Below, piece after piece: positions 52,333 to 61,392 of a stretch of 64,000 bases of DNA (positions are counted from its first letter, which is position 1; every line of letters begins with the position of its first letter). A program made the translations under genes and the position numbers. The notes beneath the pieces were generated by a model. The model did no database searches, had not been told where the DNA came from, and saw only the letters and a program-made list of their open reading frames with translations. Location of the stretch: NCBI GenBank assembly GCA_001003475.1, contig LCPF01000001.1, positions 234,571 to 298,570 of the forward strand. Reading direction: 5' to 3'. This stretch comes from Candidatus Jorgensenbacteria bacterium GW2011_GWA1_48_11. GTDB taxonomy: Bacteria > Patescibacteriota > Minisyncoccia > UBA6257 > GWB1-50-10.

Positions 52333-53067
52333 TTATAAATTTACTGGAGGTCTTTGCGTAACTGTTAAACCTGACCATTTTCTCTGTTTTGATTTTATTT
52401 TAGGAACGATATCTTGTAAAGCCGCTTTTATCCATCCAAAAATTCTATGTTTCATATCAGTCCCTTTGGGTACGCGCACTTTTATGGTTCCGTAATATAA
52501 ATTATTTTTCTTATAACCTTTATTAGGAGGTTTTATAAAGCTTTTGCCGAATCTATTTAACGGTATTCCTGTAATATCAGACCAAAATCTTTTGATTTGT
52601 ATTTCATTCTGTTGCGGATAAATATTCAGATGAGCTTTCATTGTTTTGGGTGAAACGTGAAAAATATCTTCAAACCATTTAGTCGCGAAGGCAATGAGGC
52701 CGGGATCGGAATTTGTGATTTCGAAGTTTTTTGTCTTGCTTCCTTCGGCCCAGTATAAGGCAGCGCCGAAAAGTTTATAAGTTTCGTGCGACAGGGGGGT
52801 TTTAATTTCTTTTATTGCTTTTTCAATTATTTCTTCGATTTCCCGTTCTCTCCTTTCTTTTTGGCTTTTTGGCCCTTTCGTAAGTATTTGAATTTGCTTG
52901 GTGTAGAGTCGTTGGTGATGCTCTGGTTTCAAGGGTATTTCCTTAAGCCAGAGACTTAAAGTACTTTTAGCAATGGAGTTTTTAAGTTGTTTCCTGATTT
53001 CGTTATAACTCAAGCCTTTTTTGCGGAGGAGGACCGCATTAATTCTAAGCGATGGATCGCTTTTCAT
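52333..53067 (-). CDS. HTH plus LAGLIDADG-like protein
   Basis: N-terminal LRKKGLSYNEI...KSTLSLWL HTH; GAALYWAEG motif and F.ITNSD; AT-rich; GGAGG upstream. Confidence 0.72.
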   Translation of the reverse strand: MKSDPSLRINAVLLRKKGLSYNEIRKQLKNSIAKSTLSLWLKEIPLKPEHHQRLYTKQIQILTKGPKSQKERREREIEEIIEKAIKEIKTPLSHETYKLFGAALYWAEGSKTKNFEITNSDPGLIAFATKWFEDIFHVSPKTMKAHLNIYPQQNEIQIKRFWSDITGIPLNRFGKSFIKPPNKGYKKNNLYYGTIKVRVPKGTDMKHRIFGWIKAALQDIVPKIKSKQRKWSGLTVTQRPPVNL

Positions 53068-53088
53068 ACCTCCAATTGTATCATATAT

Positions 53089-53120
53089 GGCAACTGCTCT
53101 ACCAGTTGAGCTATGGGCGG
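53089..53120 (-). pseudogene. tRNA 5' half (positions 1-32)
   Basis: CCGCCCA-TA-GCTC-AACTGGTA-GAGC-A-GTTGC-C, then unrelated sequence. Confidence 0.8.
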
Positions 53121-53236
53121 CTTTTATGATTCCTATTCTACCTGATTGATTTTTATTTTTGAAGCTTTAGAATATTTGGCAGTCCCCAATGTTCGCGGTT
53201 TCCGCTAGACGCATCCCTTCAGAACGGGGAGGAGAG

Positions 53237-53419
53237 ATGATTTGCAATTACGGCCGTCACCCGCATTACGGCGAGGAATCGGGGAGGTGTTCGGGGCATC
53301 CCGAGGAAGAACTGGTTTGCGGACCGGCAGTCCACGCCGTCTGCCTCAAGTGTCATCCCCGAATGGCCGAAGAGTGCCCCAACTGCCGCAAGCCCGCTTA
53401 TATTTGTCCTTGCCCATGA
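53237..53419 (+). CDS. Small Cys/His-rich protein (60 aa)
   Basis: GGAGGAG upstream; CLKC, CPNC, CPC; GC hairpin directly after the stop. Confidence 0.6.
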   Translation: MICNYGRHPHYGEESGRCSGHPEEELVCGPAVHAVCLKCHPRMAEECPNCRKPAYICPCP

Positions 53420-53517
53420 GCGGCGGTGCCCAAAGCACCGCCGCGTCCATTTTTGTTTGGCGCCAACCCGCCGTTTACCGGAAGATTAAAAACCGATTTT
53501 GTTATAATTAAGTCAAG

Positions 53518-53805
53518 ATGGCGGCAATCGGCGAACCTTCGCAATCCCAGAAAAAAACGGTCATAACCATCGCCTTGGCGATTTTGGTAGTGGTTTTAAT
53601 AGCCGTCGTTTATTGGCGGTTCGGGCTCAAGAGCGCGGCGACGCCGGCGGAACAGGCGGCCGATTCTTTCCAAAAAGCGGTTGATTCCGCCGCCGGTATC
53701 CTGCCGGAAATAGATCCCGCTTCCAATCCCTTGGAGCAAATGCCGGACATAAACGCGGTTGAAAGATCTAATCCTTTCACGGATATCAAAATCAATCCAT
53801 TTTAG
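53518..53805 (+). CDS. Small membrane protein
   Basis: Single TM; NP(F/L) repeats; TGTTATAAT upstream. Confidence 0.72.
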   Translation: MAAIGEPSQSQKKTVITIALAILVVVLIAVVYWRFGLKSAATPAEQAADSFQKAVDSAAGILPEIDPASNPLEQMPDINAVERSNPFTDIKINPF

Positions 53806-53813
53806 CGGGAATC

Positions 53814-55355
53814 ATGAGGACAAAATATTTGCTTAGCGGGATTATTTTAAGCGCGGGTATCGTTACTGCCGTTTTTTTGATAACGAATGTTTTTGCCCAG
53901 ACCGCGTCCGCGCCGGCGGGCAATACCGCGAACGTCCAATTTCCCGTGCCGGAGTTGGGCAATTGCCGGAGCGAAACAGATTGCCGTTCTTTTTGCGATA
54001 AACCGGAAAACAGTCAGGCTTGTCTGAGTTTCGCGGAGAAAAACAATTTGATGTCGGCGGAAGAAATTGCCGCCGCCAAAAAGTTTTTGGCAGTCGGCAA
54101 GGGCCCGGGCGGCTGCACCACCAAAGATTCTTGTGAGAATTATTGCAACAGCACGGATCATATTAATGAATGCGTGGCTTTTGCGGAGAAAACCGGCATT
54201 TTGCCGCCGCAAGATCTAGCTGAAGCGAAGAAGGTTCAAGCGGCCTTGGCGCGGGGCCTTACGCCGCCCGGCAACTGCAAGAGCAAGCAGGATTGTGACA
54301 ATTATTGTTCGGATCCCGGCCATATGGAAGAATGCGTTACTTTTGCGGAAAAAGCCGGCTTCATGCCGGAGAATGAAATAGCTGAAGCCCATAAAGTTTT
54401 GGCGGCGATCAAAAAAGGCGCGAAGCCGCCGCCCTGCCGCGGCAAGGCGGAATGCGACGCTTATTGCGCCGAGCCGGTCAATTTCGAGCAGTGCATCTCC
54501 TTTGCCGAAGCGGCCGGATTCATGACGCCGGACGAGGCAGTGATGGCGCGGAAGACCGGCGGCAAGGGCCCGGGGGATTGTAAAAGCAAAGAACAATGCG
54601 AAGTGTTTTGCGAGGATCCGGCCAATCAGGAAATTTGTTTCAATTTCGCTAAAGAGCACGGCCTGATTTCTCAAGCCGACCTCCAAAAAATGGAAGAAGG
54701 TCGGGGGCAGATGATGCGGGGGTTTACCCAAGCGCCACCCGAAGTAATGGAGTGTCTTACGGGCGCTCTTGGCAGTGAAACAATCGAAAAGTTGAAAACC
54801 GGCACGGCAATGCCGAGCCGCGATATAGGAGATAAAATGCGCGAATGTTTTGAAAGAATTGGGCCGCCCGGTTTTGAGGGCGGAGGAGCGCCAGGGGGAT
54901 TTAGCGGTCCGGGCGGTTGCAGCTCGCCTGAAGAATGCATGAAATTCTGTGAGAGCAATCCCGAAGCCTGCCAAAATTTCAAGCCGTCGTCCATCATGCC
55001 GCCCGTTAATTTTGAACCCAATAATCAGCCGCCGGGCGATTTCAGGCCGCCGGAAAACATGCAGCCGCTAGAAGGCGGCACGCCTAGCGGGCCGATGCCG
55101 GGCATGATGTCGCCGCAGGGCTTATTGCCAGGTCAGGAATTTAATCCGCTACAAACCTTCTCGCCGGGTAGTATGCCGCCACCCGGCTCATTGGGAGGCG
55201 CTGACATAATGCAGCCGCCGTCAGCGGAACAAATCCAACAAATGATGCAGCAGGGAATCCAGCAATTCCAGCAAATGGCGCCGCCGCCGGAATCGGCGCC
55301 GCCGCCCAGCGGAGGAAATCTTTGGCAGGCCGTTAAGGACTTTTTTAGCCGATAA
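53814..55355 (+). CDS. Secreted Cys-rich repeat protein with Pro/Gln/Met-rich tail
   Basis: Signal/TM; about six repeats of (GP)G.C.S...C...C......EC..FA...G. Confidence 0.85.
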   Translation: MRTKYLLSGIILSAGIVTAVFLITNVFAQTASAPAGNTANVQFPVPELGNCRSETDCRSFCDKPENSQACLSFAEKNNLMSAEEIAAAKKFLAVGKGPGGCTTKDSCENYCNSTDHINECVAFAEKTGILPPQDLAEAKKVQAALARGLTPPGNCKSKQDCDNYCSDPGHMEECVTFAEKAGFMPENEIAEAHKVLAAIKKGAKPPPCRGKAECDAYCAEPVNFEQCISFAEAAGFMTPDEAVMARKTGGKGPGDCKSKEQCEVFCEDPANQEICFNFAKEHGLISQADLQKMEEGRGQMMRGFTQAPPEVMECLTGALGSETIEKLKTGTAMPSRDIGDKMRECFERIGPPGFEGGGAPGGFSGPGGCSSPEECMKFCESNPEACQNFKPSSIMPPVNFEPNNQPPGDFRPPENMQPLEGGTPSGPMPGMMSPQGLLPGQEFNPLQTFSPGSMPPPGSLGGADIMQPPSAEQIQQMMQQGIQQFQQMAPPPESAPPPSGGNLWQAVKDFFSR

Positions 55356-55389
55356 ATCAACCCGCCTCAGCCGGGTTGGTTTGTTGTTG

Positions 55390-55461
55390 TGCCCCCGCCA
55401 GGAATTGAACCTGGATTTCATGGTTCGAAGCCATGCGTGATATCCGTTTCACTACAGGGGC
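55390..55461 (-). tRNA. tRNA-Arg(TCG)
   Basis: Anticodon arm CATGG-CTTCGAA-CCATG. Confidence 0.93.
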
Positions 55462-55504
55462 GCTTTATATTTTTTCGTTTCCAAAGTTCAGTGTACAATT
55501 AGAA

Positions 55505-57001
55505 ATGATGAAGTTCAACGTTCCCAAGGAAATCAAAAATATCTCCGAAAAATTAGCGGGCGCCGGCTTTGAGGCTTATTTCGTCGGCGGCTGCGTGCGG
55601 GATTTGATGTTGAAACGGGAACCCAAAGATTGGGACGTTACGACGAATGCCAAGCCCGAAGAAATCCAGGGAATCTTTCCGGAAAGCGTTTACGAAAATA
55701 AGTTCGGCACGGTCGGCGTGAAGATCTCTGGGTCGCTTCAGGCGACCGGGACCCCGGCTGAAGGCCCAGGGGCTGACCCTGCAACAGACATCGTGGAGGT
55801 GACAACCTATCGGATAGAAGGCAAGTATACCGACAAGCGTCATCCCGACGACATAAAATCCGCCAAAACGATTAAGGAGGATCTGTCGCGCCGCGATTTT
55901 ACGGTCAATGCCTTGGCCATGGACCTGGCTGGCAAGATAATCGATCCTTACGGCGGCGTGAAAGATCTCAAGGCAAAGTTGGTGCGGACCGTCGGCGAGC
56001 CGCGGGCCCGTTTTGAAGAGGACGCTCTCCGGCTCCTGCGGGCCGTTCGTTTTGCCTGCGAGTTGGGATTTGAGATCGAGGTTGGAACCGGTGAGGCGAT
56101 CCGGCATCACGCCGGCCTTCTCGAAGCTGTCGCTAAAGAAAGAATCCGGGACGAATTTCAGAAAATGATCATGACGCCGCGGGCGGCCGAAGGCGTCATA
56201 CTGCTCGAAGATTACGGCTTGCTGCAGTACGTGATGCCGGAACTTCGGGAAGGAATCGGCTGCGGGCAGAATAAGCATCATATTTATACGGTTTTCGAGC
56301 ACAATGTCCGGGCTTTGAATTATACGGCCGAGAAGAATTATTCTTTGGTCGTCCGCTTGGCGGCTCTGCTCCATGACGTCGGAAAGCCGAGGACGAAAAG
56401 AGGCGAAGGGCCGGATTCCACTTTTTATAACCACGAAACCGTGGGCGCGAAAATGGCGGTTAAAATAATGGATCGGCTGCGGTTTCCGAAGGAAATAGTC
56501 GAAGGCGTCGGCCATCTGGTCCGCTATCATCTTTTTTATTACAATGTCGGCGAAGTGACCGAGGCCGGCGTGCGCCGGTTTTTGTCCCGGGTCGGGCCGG
56601 AGAACGTGGACGATTTCATCAGGGTGCGGGAAGCGGACCGGATCGGTTCGGGCGTGCCCAAAGCCGTACCTTATAAAATCCGTCACCTGCTCTTCATGAT
56701 CGAAAAAGTGAAGCATGATCCGATCCATCCCAAAATGCTTAAGATCAAAGGCGACGACGTGATGAAGATTTTGGGAATCGAACCCGGGCCCAAAGTCGGC
56801 CAAATTCTTTCGATTCTTCTCGAGGAGGTTTTGGACGAGCCGAAGAAAAATGAAGTCGAATATCTCACGGCCCAAGTTAAAAAATTAGGCGTTTATTCCG
56901 ACAAGGATTTGCATCAGCTTTCGGGGAAGGCCCGGGAAAAGAAAGACGAGTTCGAGACCGGGGTTGAAGCCGAGATGAAGAAGAAGTACTATGTGAAGTA
57001 G
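55505..57001 (+). CDS. cca: CCA-adding tRNA nucleotidyltransferase with HD domain
   Basis: VGGCVRD...DWD, RRDFTVNA, EDALRLLRAVRF, ERIRDE, LLHDVGK. Confidence 0.9.
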   Translation: MMKFNVPKEIKNISEKLAGAGFEAYFVGGCVRDLMLKREPKDWDVTTNAKPEEIQGIFPESVYENKFGTVGVKISGSLQATGTPAEGPGADPATDIVEVTTYRIEGKYTDKRHPDDIKSAKTIKEDLSRRDFTVNALAMDLAGKIIDPYGGVKDLKAKLVRTVGEPRARFEEDALRLLRAVRFACELGFEIEVGTGEAIRHHAGLLEAVAKERIRDEFQKMIMTPRAAEGVILLEDYGLLQYVMPELREGIGCGQNKHHIYTVFEHNVRALNYTAEKNYSLVVRLAALLHDVGKPRTKRGEGPDSTFYNHETVGAKMAVKIMDRLRFPKEIVEGVGHLVRYHLFYYNVGEVTEAGVRRFLSRVGPENVDDFIRVREADRIGSGVPKAVPYKIRHLLFMIEKVKHDPIHPKMLKIKGDDVMKILGIEPGPKVGQILSILLEEVLDEPKKNEVEYLTAQVKKLGVYSDKDLHQLSGKAREKKDEFETGVEAEMKKKYYVK

Positions 57002-57011
57002 AAAAATTATC

Positions 57012-57440
57012 ATGAAACTGGTCAGATTTTTCGACAAATTAGAAGATAGGGTCCGAGGCTGGTTGAGTCATTGGCCGATTATCTACGGTTTTTTCGGCGG
57101 CGTCGGCGTCGTTCTTTTCTGGCGCGGCGTCTGGTATACGGCCGACGTCGTTTATTCTTTGGTGGCGCCGACACCCGAGAAGCAATTTCTAATGAGCACG
57201 TCCCAGATTTGGGACGGGCCGATTTCGATTGTGGCCGGAGCGATCCTGCTTTTGATGTCCGGCCTTTTCGTTTCCAATTTCATCGGTAACGAAATCATCA
57301 TTTCCGGTTTGCGGGGCGAGAAAAAATTGACCGAAAAGACCGAGGTTGAAGTGAGAACCGAGACGGGAGCAATCGCCGAGATAAAAGAAAAATTGGACGA
57401 AATCTCGGCGCGTCTTGAAGAATTAGAGAAAAAACGATAG
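57012..57440 (+). CDS. Hypothetical membrane protein
   Basis: Two TM helices (GVVLFWRGVW), C-terminal coiled coil. Confidence 0.78.
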   Translation: MKLVRFFDKLEDRVRGWLSHWPIIYGFFGGVGVVLFWRGVWYTADVVYSLVAPTPEKQFLMSTSQIWDGPISIVAGAILLLMSGLFVSNFIGNEIIISGLRGEKKLTEKTEVEVRTETGAIAEIKEKLDEISARLEELEKKR

Positions 57441-57451
57441 GATTTTTTTAC

Positions 57452-57522
57452 CGGGGAGGAGTATGCCGGTAGTACGCACGCTTCGGGTGCGTGTAGACCG
57501 GGTTCGATTCCCGGCTCCCCGA
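57452..57522 (+). tRNA. tRNA-Pro(CGG)
   Basis: C1-G72, anticodon arm CACGC-TTCGGGT-GCGTG. Confidence 0.9.
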
Positions 57523-57533
57523 CAATTTCAGGC

Positions 57534-58220
57534 ATGAAAGTATTAATTTACGGCCGCAAACAGAATGAAGCCGAGCCGCTGGCCAAAAAAATCGGCTTTG
57601 ATTTGGTCCGTCAGAACCCCGATTTCGTGTTGAGTTACGGCGGCGACGGTACTTTAATGAAAGCGGAACATTCTTTCCCGGGCGTGCCCAAAGTGATTTT
57701 GAGAGGCGGTTCGGTCGGCAAGAAAGCTTCTTATTTATCCAACGAACAAGTTCTGGCCCTTTTCAAAAAAGGCGATTATAAGATAAAAGAATTCCTGAAG
57801 TTGTCGGTGACGGCGAAAAACAAGGAAATGACGGCCTTGAACGACGTCACGGTTCATAATCAGGATCCCCGGCACGCCATTCGTTACCGGATTTGGACCG
57901 ACGATAACCCGATTGAACACGAAATTATCGGCGATGGCATTGTCGTCGCGACGCCTTTCGGCTCAACCGGCTATTATCGCTCGATTACCGGCAGTTTTTT
58001 TGACTTAGGCTTGGGTTTGGCTTTTAATAATTCCACCGAGCCGGTTGACCACATGATTTTGGCCGAAAGTGGCGAAATTAAAATAAGAATTACGCGCGGG
58101 CCGGCCGCCGTTTACGCCGACAATCAGGAAGAGTATATTTTACTGAACGACGGCGAGGAAACGATAGTGAAAAAATCCGCCGGAAAAGCTAAAATTTTAG
58201 TGTTTGAGCAGGGCCCATAG
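57534..58220 (+). CDS. NAD(+) kinase family protein
   Basis: GGDGT, ALND, GDG.VVATP.GSTGY. Confidence 0.88.
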   Translation: MKVLIYGRKQNEAEPLAKKIGFDLVRQNPDFVLSYGGDGTLMKAEHSFPGVPKVILRGGSVGKKASYLSNEQVLALFKKGDYKIKEFLKLSVTAKNKEMTALNDVTVHNQDPRHAIRYRIWTDDNPIEHEIIGDGIVVATPFGSTGYYRSITGSFFDLGLGLAFNNSTEPVDHMILAESGEIKIRITRGPAAVYADNQEEYILLNDGEETIVKKSAGKAKILVFEQGP

Positions 58221-58239
58221 TAAAGTGGTATTACGCGGC
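58211..58239 (+). pseudogene. tRNA-Ala 5' fragment
   Basis: GGGCCCATAGTAAAGTGGTATTACGCGGC, near-identical to the first 29 nt of the tRNA at 58330. Confidence 0.8.
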
Positions 58240-58329
58240 CCCGCCCATACTTCGTGTGATGGGATTGCGATTTATAGATAAAAATCATAAGATTTTTATA
58301 CAAATCGGTAACATTCGTTCTTCACCCTT

Positions 58330-58400
58330 GGGCCTGTAGTAAAGTGGTATTACGCGGCATTCGCATTGCCGAGGCAGGGGTCCGATTCCCCTCGGGTCCA
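58330..58400 (+). tRNA. tRNA-Ala(CGC)
   Basis: G3:U70; anticodon arm CGGCA-TTCGCAT-TGCCG. Confidence 0.92.
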
Positions 58401-58656
58401 CAACAAAAAACAAGCCTTTATGGTTGGTGTTTTTTGTTTTATGACGGGGGAATCGGACAGGGAAAAGGGTCGGGAAAACGGGAGTTTTCCCGTGGCGGAA
58501 GTATTGAAACCGCAAGGTGTCAAAAAATTTCGTGGATACGGAATTTTGTCCGCTTCCCCTCAGGTCCACGGGTCTAAGGGTGAAGAACGGAGAGCCCGAC
58601 TTGTGGTGAGCAGGGCCGAACCATTCTCGCTGGGTCCACAAAAAAAACGCCGGTCT

Positions 58657-59364
58657 TTATGACCGGCGTTTTTGTCTGACGAGATATTTCTGTCGGTATT
58701 TTCTCGCGTCGCCCCAGAGAGTGGAGATTATCATTTCGCTCCAAAACTTGCTCGGCTCCGAGAAATTTTCAAAGTTTTTCAGGCGGATAGCTTCGAAGAC
58801 CGCGGCCGCGGTCTTTTCCTCGGCATCGATTACGGCGTAAGCCTTGGTCAGTATTTTCAATTCGTGCGTGTCCGAGGTGGCGAGATACGGCAGGTTTCGC
58901 TTTTTAGCTAGGGTTTCCGCTTTCGAATTGAGGTTTACTCGTTTGGAATAAAACCAGGAATGTTCGATCGCGTCGAAAATGCCGATGTGCTCCTCTAATT
59001 TTTCGCCGAGACAGTAAGGCGTCGGGAAATAAGGATGAGGCGCCAACACAAAGGCGGCGGGCCGACTTTTTTTGTAGGCTGCAAGTCCGGCGAAAGTATC
59101 GATTTTTTCTATATCCTTGTCGGCGTTCAAAATCACCACGTGCCGCCGTTCGATGTTCTTTTCGATGCCGGGAATGAAAAGAATGTTGTTTTTGGCGGCA
59201 TGGGCCGCATATTCGGGGAGATCAATGAACCGGTTATGGCAAGTCAAGGCGATTACTTCAAAACCGAGCCGGGCGGCCTCGTCGATCCCTTCTTGGAAAG
59301 AATAATCAATAACGTCATGAGGATCGTCCTTGGAGTGGAAATGCAGATTGGCTTTTAATTTCAT
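58657..59364 (-). CDS. PHP domain metallophosphoesterase
   Basis: NLHFHS, LTCHN, PGIE, PHPY, SDTH. Confidence 0.85.
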   Translation of the reverse strand: MKLKANLHFHSKDDPHDVIDYSFQEGIDEAARLGFEVIALTCHNRFIDLPEYAAHAAKNNILFIPGIEKNIERRHVVILNADKDIEKIDTFAGLAAYKKSRPAAFVLAPHPYFPTPYCLGEKLEEHIGIFDAIEHSWFYSKRVNLNSKAETLAKKRNLPYLATSDTHELKILTKAYAVIDAEEKTAAAVFEAIRLKNFENFSEPSKFWSEMIISTLWGDARKYRQKYLVRQKRRS

Positions 59365-59471
59365 CCCTTTGGAAACAGAACAAATGTCCGTGTTTGGTCC
59401 AGACTTTCTGGATTGTGGTAAATCATACGATGGCTGTTTTTTTGTCTTTTATTAAAGCTGTTTCTAAAGGG
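59365..59471. repeat. CCC...GGG inverted-repeat element upstream of the PHP gene
   Basis: CCCTTTGGAAACAG ... CTGTTTCTAAAGGG with AT flanks. Confidence 0.85.
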
Positions 59472-59579
59472 ATGAATGTGGATAGATTAGATTTGGCGGA
59501 TTGGTCTTATGTTATAATTAATTCAGTTAATATCAAAGGTCGAACTTACTAGTCAATTTATTATTCAGAACAGCAAATT

Positions 59580-60260
59580 ATGGTTATTCAAGATTGGGCA
59601 GCTTTGATTGTCGGATCGCTTCAGAATTTATGGATCGGCGTGATTGCCACGATTGGCGACATCATCGGCGCCTTGGTCGTTCTTTTAATCGGGCTTTTGG
59701 TGGCCTCCGGGCTTGCCGCGCTCGTGGAACGGATCGTCGCGATGATCAAGCTTGATAGCGTTTTAGCCAAGCTGGGGATTGAAGAATACTTTGAACGCGC
59801 CGGCCTTAAATTGAACAGTGCTCTATTCTTTGGTCGGATAGTTTATTGGTTCTTCGTTGTCGTCTTCCTTTTGGCCGCTACCGACATTCTGAAGTTTTAT
59901 TCGCTTTCTAATTTCTTGAGCGATGTCCTTTTGTATGTCCCAAATGTGATCGTCGGGGTGCTTATCATGCTCGCCGCCGTAGTCGTCGCCAATTTCCTGA
60001 GGAAATTGGTTTGGGCTTCGGTTAAAAGCGCGCGTTTGCACAGCGCCGGTTTCTTGGGCTCGCTTACCTGGTGGGCGGTGATCCTTTTCGGATTTTTTGC
60101 GGCCTTGACCCAATTGGGCGTGGCCGTGAGTTTGATCAATTCGTTGGTCACCGGTTTCGTGGCGATGCTCGCTATCGCTGGCGGCATTGCGTTCGGTTTG
60201 GGCGGTAAAGATTACGCCTCCTCCTTAATCAACAAATTAAGGGAGCACACCGAAAGGTAG
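59580..60260 (+). CDS. TM-helix repeat protein (small mechanosensitive channel/CmpX-like)
   Basis: Y.PN.I...LI motif, AFGLGG, multiple TM helices. Confidence 0.82.
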   Translation: MVIQDWAALIVGSLQNLWIGVIATIGDIIGALVVLLIGLLVASGLAALVERIVAMIKLDSVLAKLGIEEYFERAGLKLNSALFFGRIVYWFFVVVFLLAATDILKFYSLSNFLSDVLLYVPNVIVGVLIMLAAVVVANFLRKLVWASVKSARLHSAGFLGSLTWWAVILFGFFAALTQLGVAVSLINSLVTGFVAMLAIAGGIAFGLGGKDYASSLINKLREHTER

Positions 60261-60279
60261 GGCAAATAAAATTTTGTGA

Positions 60280-60316
60280 AACTTGCAGCCCCCGCGACGG
60301 GGGTTGCAAGTTTTTT
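60280..60316 (+). terminator. Intrinsic terminator
   Basis: AACTTGCAGCCCCCG ... CGGGGGTTGCAAGTT followed by T run. Confidence 0.75.
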
Positions 60317-60375
60317 AAGGGCTTTATTCAAAAATCAGAATTAAAGATGAATTATTTTTGAAGATAAAACCCTAC

Positions 60376-60478
60376 CCCGTTAGATAGCGGTTAAAACCAT
60401 TGAATTGAATTAAAATAAAATAAAAATCAGAAAAATAGTCGGATTACCTCGGACAGCGCTGGAGCCGCATCTAATGGG
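60376..60478. repeat. CCC...GGG inverted-repeat element
   Basis: CCCGTTAGATAGCGG ... CCGCATCTAATGGG with AC/GT flanks. Confidence 0.8.
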
Positions 60479-60504
60479 GTGAGCGATTTTGTTTTAAAGC
60501 TTGC

Positions 60505-60643
60505 CCCGCACCGAGCCGAGCACTGCAGCGTCCAGTCGTTTTCCTCGTTAAGATATTTTCGTTCGCAAATCAGGGAATAATATCGAAAAACATAATCTGT
60601 TGCAAAACGCTATAGAAAACGTAGTGCTCGATCTGGTGACGGG
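60505..60643. repeat. Degenerate CCCGCACC-type inverted-repeat element
   Basis: CCCGCACCGAGCCGAGCACT ... AGTGCTCGATCTGGTGACGGG. Confidence 0.6.
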
Positions 60644-60684
60644 ACTTGACTTCGCTTCGCTCATCGGCTTTAATTAAAATCGTT

Positions 60685-60990
60685 ATGTTTGCGGTTATTG
60701 AGACCGGCGGCAAACAGTATTTTGTGAAGCCGGGCCAGAAAATTAAGATTGAAAAAATAGAAGCGGATGCGAAAAAGCATCCGGTTTTCGACAAGGTCTT
60801 GCTCAAAAAGGGCAAAACAGAAGTCGAAATCGGTCTGCCCTACATTAAAGGCGCGAAGGTGGAAGCGAAATTTCTGAATCAGGGCCGCAGCGAGCGGAAA
60901 ATAGTTTTCCGGTATCATTCGAAAACCCGTTACCGCAAATTCAAAACCCACCGCCAGCCGTTTACCGAGATAGAGATTACGAGTATCTAG
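60685..60990 (+). CDS. rplU: 50S ribosomal protein L21
   Basis: MFAVIETGGKQY, HRQPFT. Confidence 0.96.
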   Translation: MFAVIETGGKQYFVKPGQKIKIEKIEADAKKHPVFDKVLLKKGKTEVEIGLPYIKGAKVEAKFLNQGRSERKIVFRYHSKTRYRKFKTHRQPFTEIEITSI

Positions 60991-61011
60991 AATTTAGAAT
61001 CTAGAGTAATT

Positions 61012-61353
61012 ATGAGCAAGTCTTTTAGGGATTTAATTGTTTGGCAAAAATCTCGGGATTTAACCATCGTTATTTACAAAATAACCAATAATTTCCCCCA
61101 ATCAGAACTTTATGGCTTGACGAGTCAAATGAGGCGAGCGGCTATTTCTATTTCTTCAAATATAGCCGAGAGTTACAACAGATTTCATAATAAAGAAAAG
61201 AAACAGTTTTTGGCCGTTGCTTTCGGCTCCGGCTCCGAATTAGAGAGTCAATTAGAGATTGCCAAAATTTTGTTTTCAAAAATAGATTACGAAGAGGCTG
61301 GAGATTTATTGGAAGAAGTAATGAAAATTCTAAACAGTTTTCTTAATAAATAA
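61012..61353 (+). CDS. Four helix bundle protein (23S rRNA IVS / Avd-like fold family)
   Basis: SFRDLIVWQK, FP..E.YGLTSQMRRAAISI.SNIAE, GS.SELE.QL. Confidence 0.92.
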   Translation: MSKSFRDLIVWQKSRDLTIVIYKITNNFPQSELYGLTSQMRRAAISISSNIAESYNRFHNKEKKQFLAVAFGSGSELESQLEIAKILFSKIDYEEAGDLLEEVMKILNSFLNK

Positions 61354-61392
61354 GGAATTAATTGCGCATTTCCAGATTTTAGATACTAAATT

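Noticed and set aside
52260-53120. Group I intron inside a single tRNA
   Set aside because: The downstream tRNA is complete by itself and its stems do not pair with the 5' fragment; there is no room for a ribozyme core outside the ORF.
55553-56875. 440-aa antisense ORF (and similar ones opposite ligA, PheRS, pilC and the Cys-rich gene)
   Set aside because: Shadow frames opposite well-supported genes, with no recognisable motifs.
61012-61353. Complete DGR locus (Avd)
   Set aside because: No reverse transcriptase or template repeat is nearby; the sequence fits the generic four-helix-bundle family.
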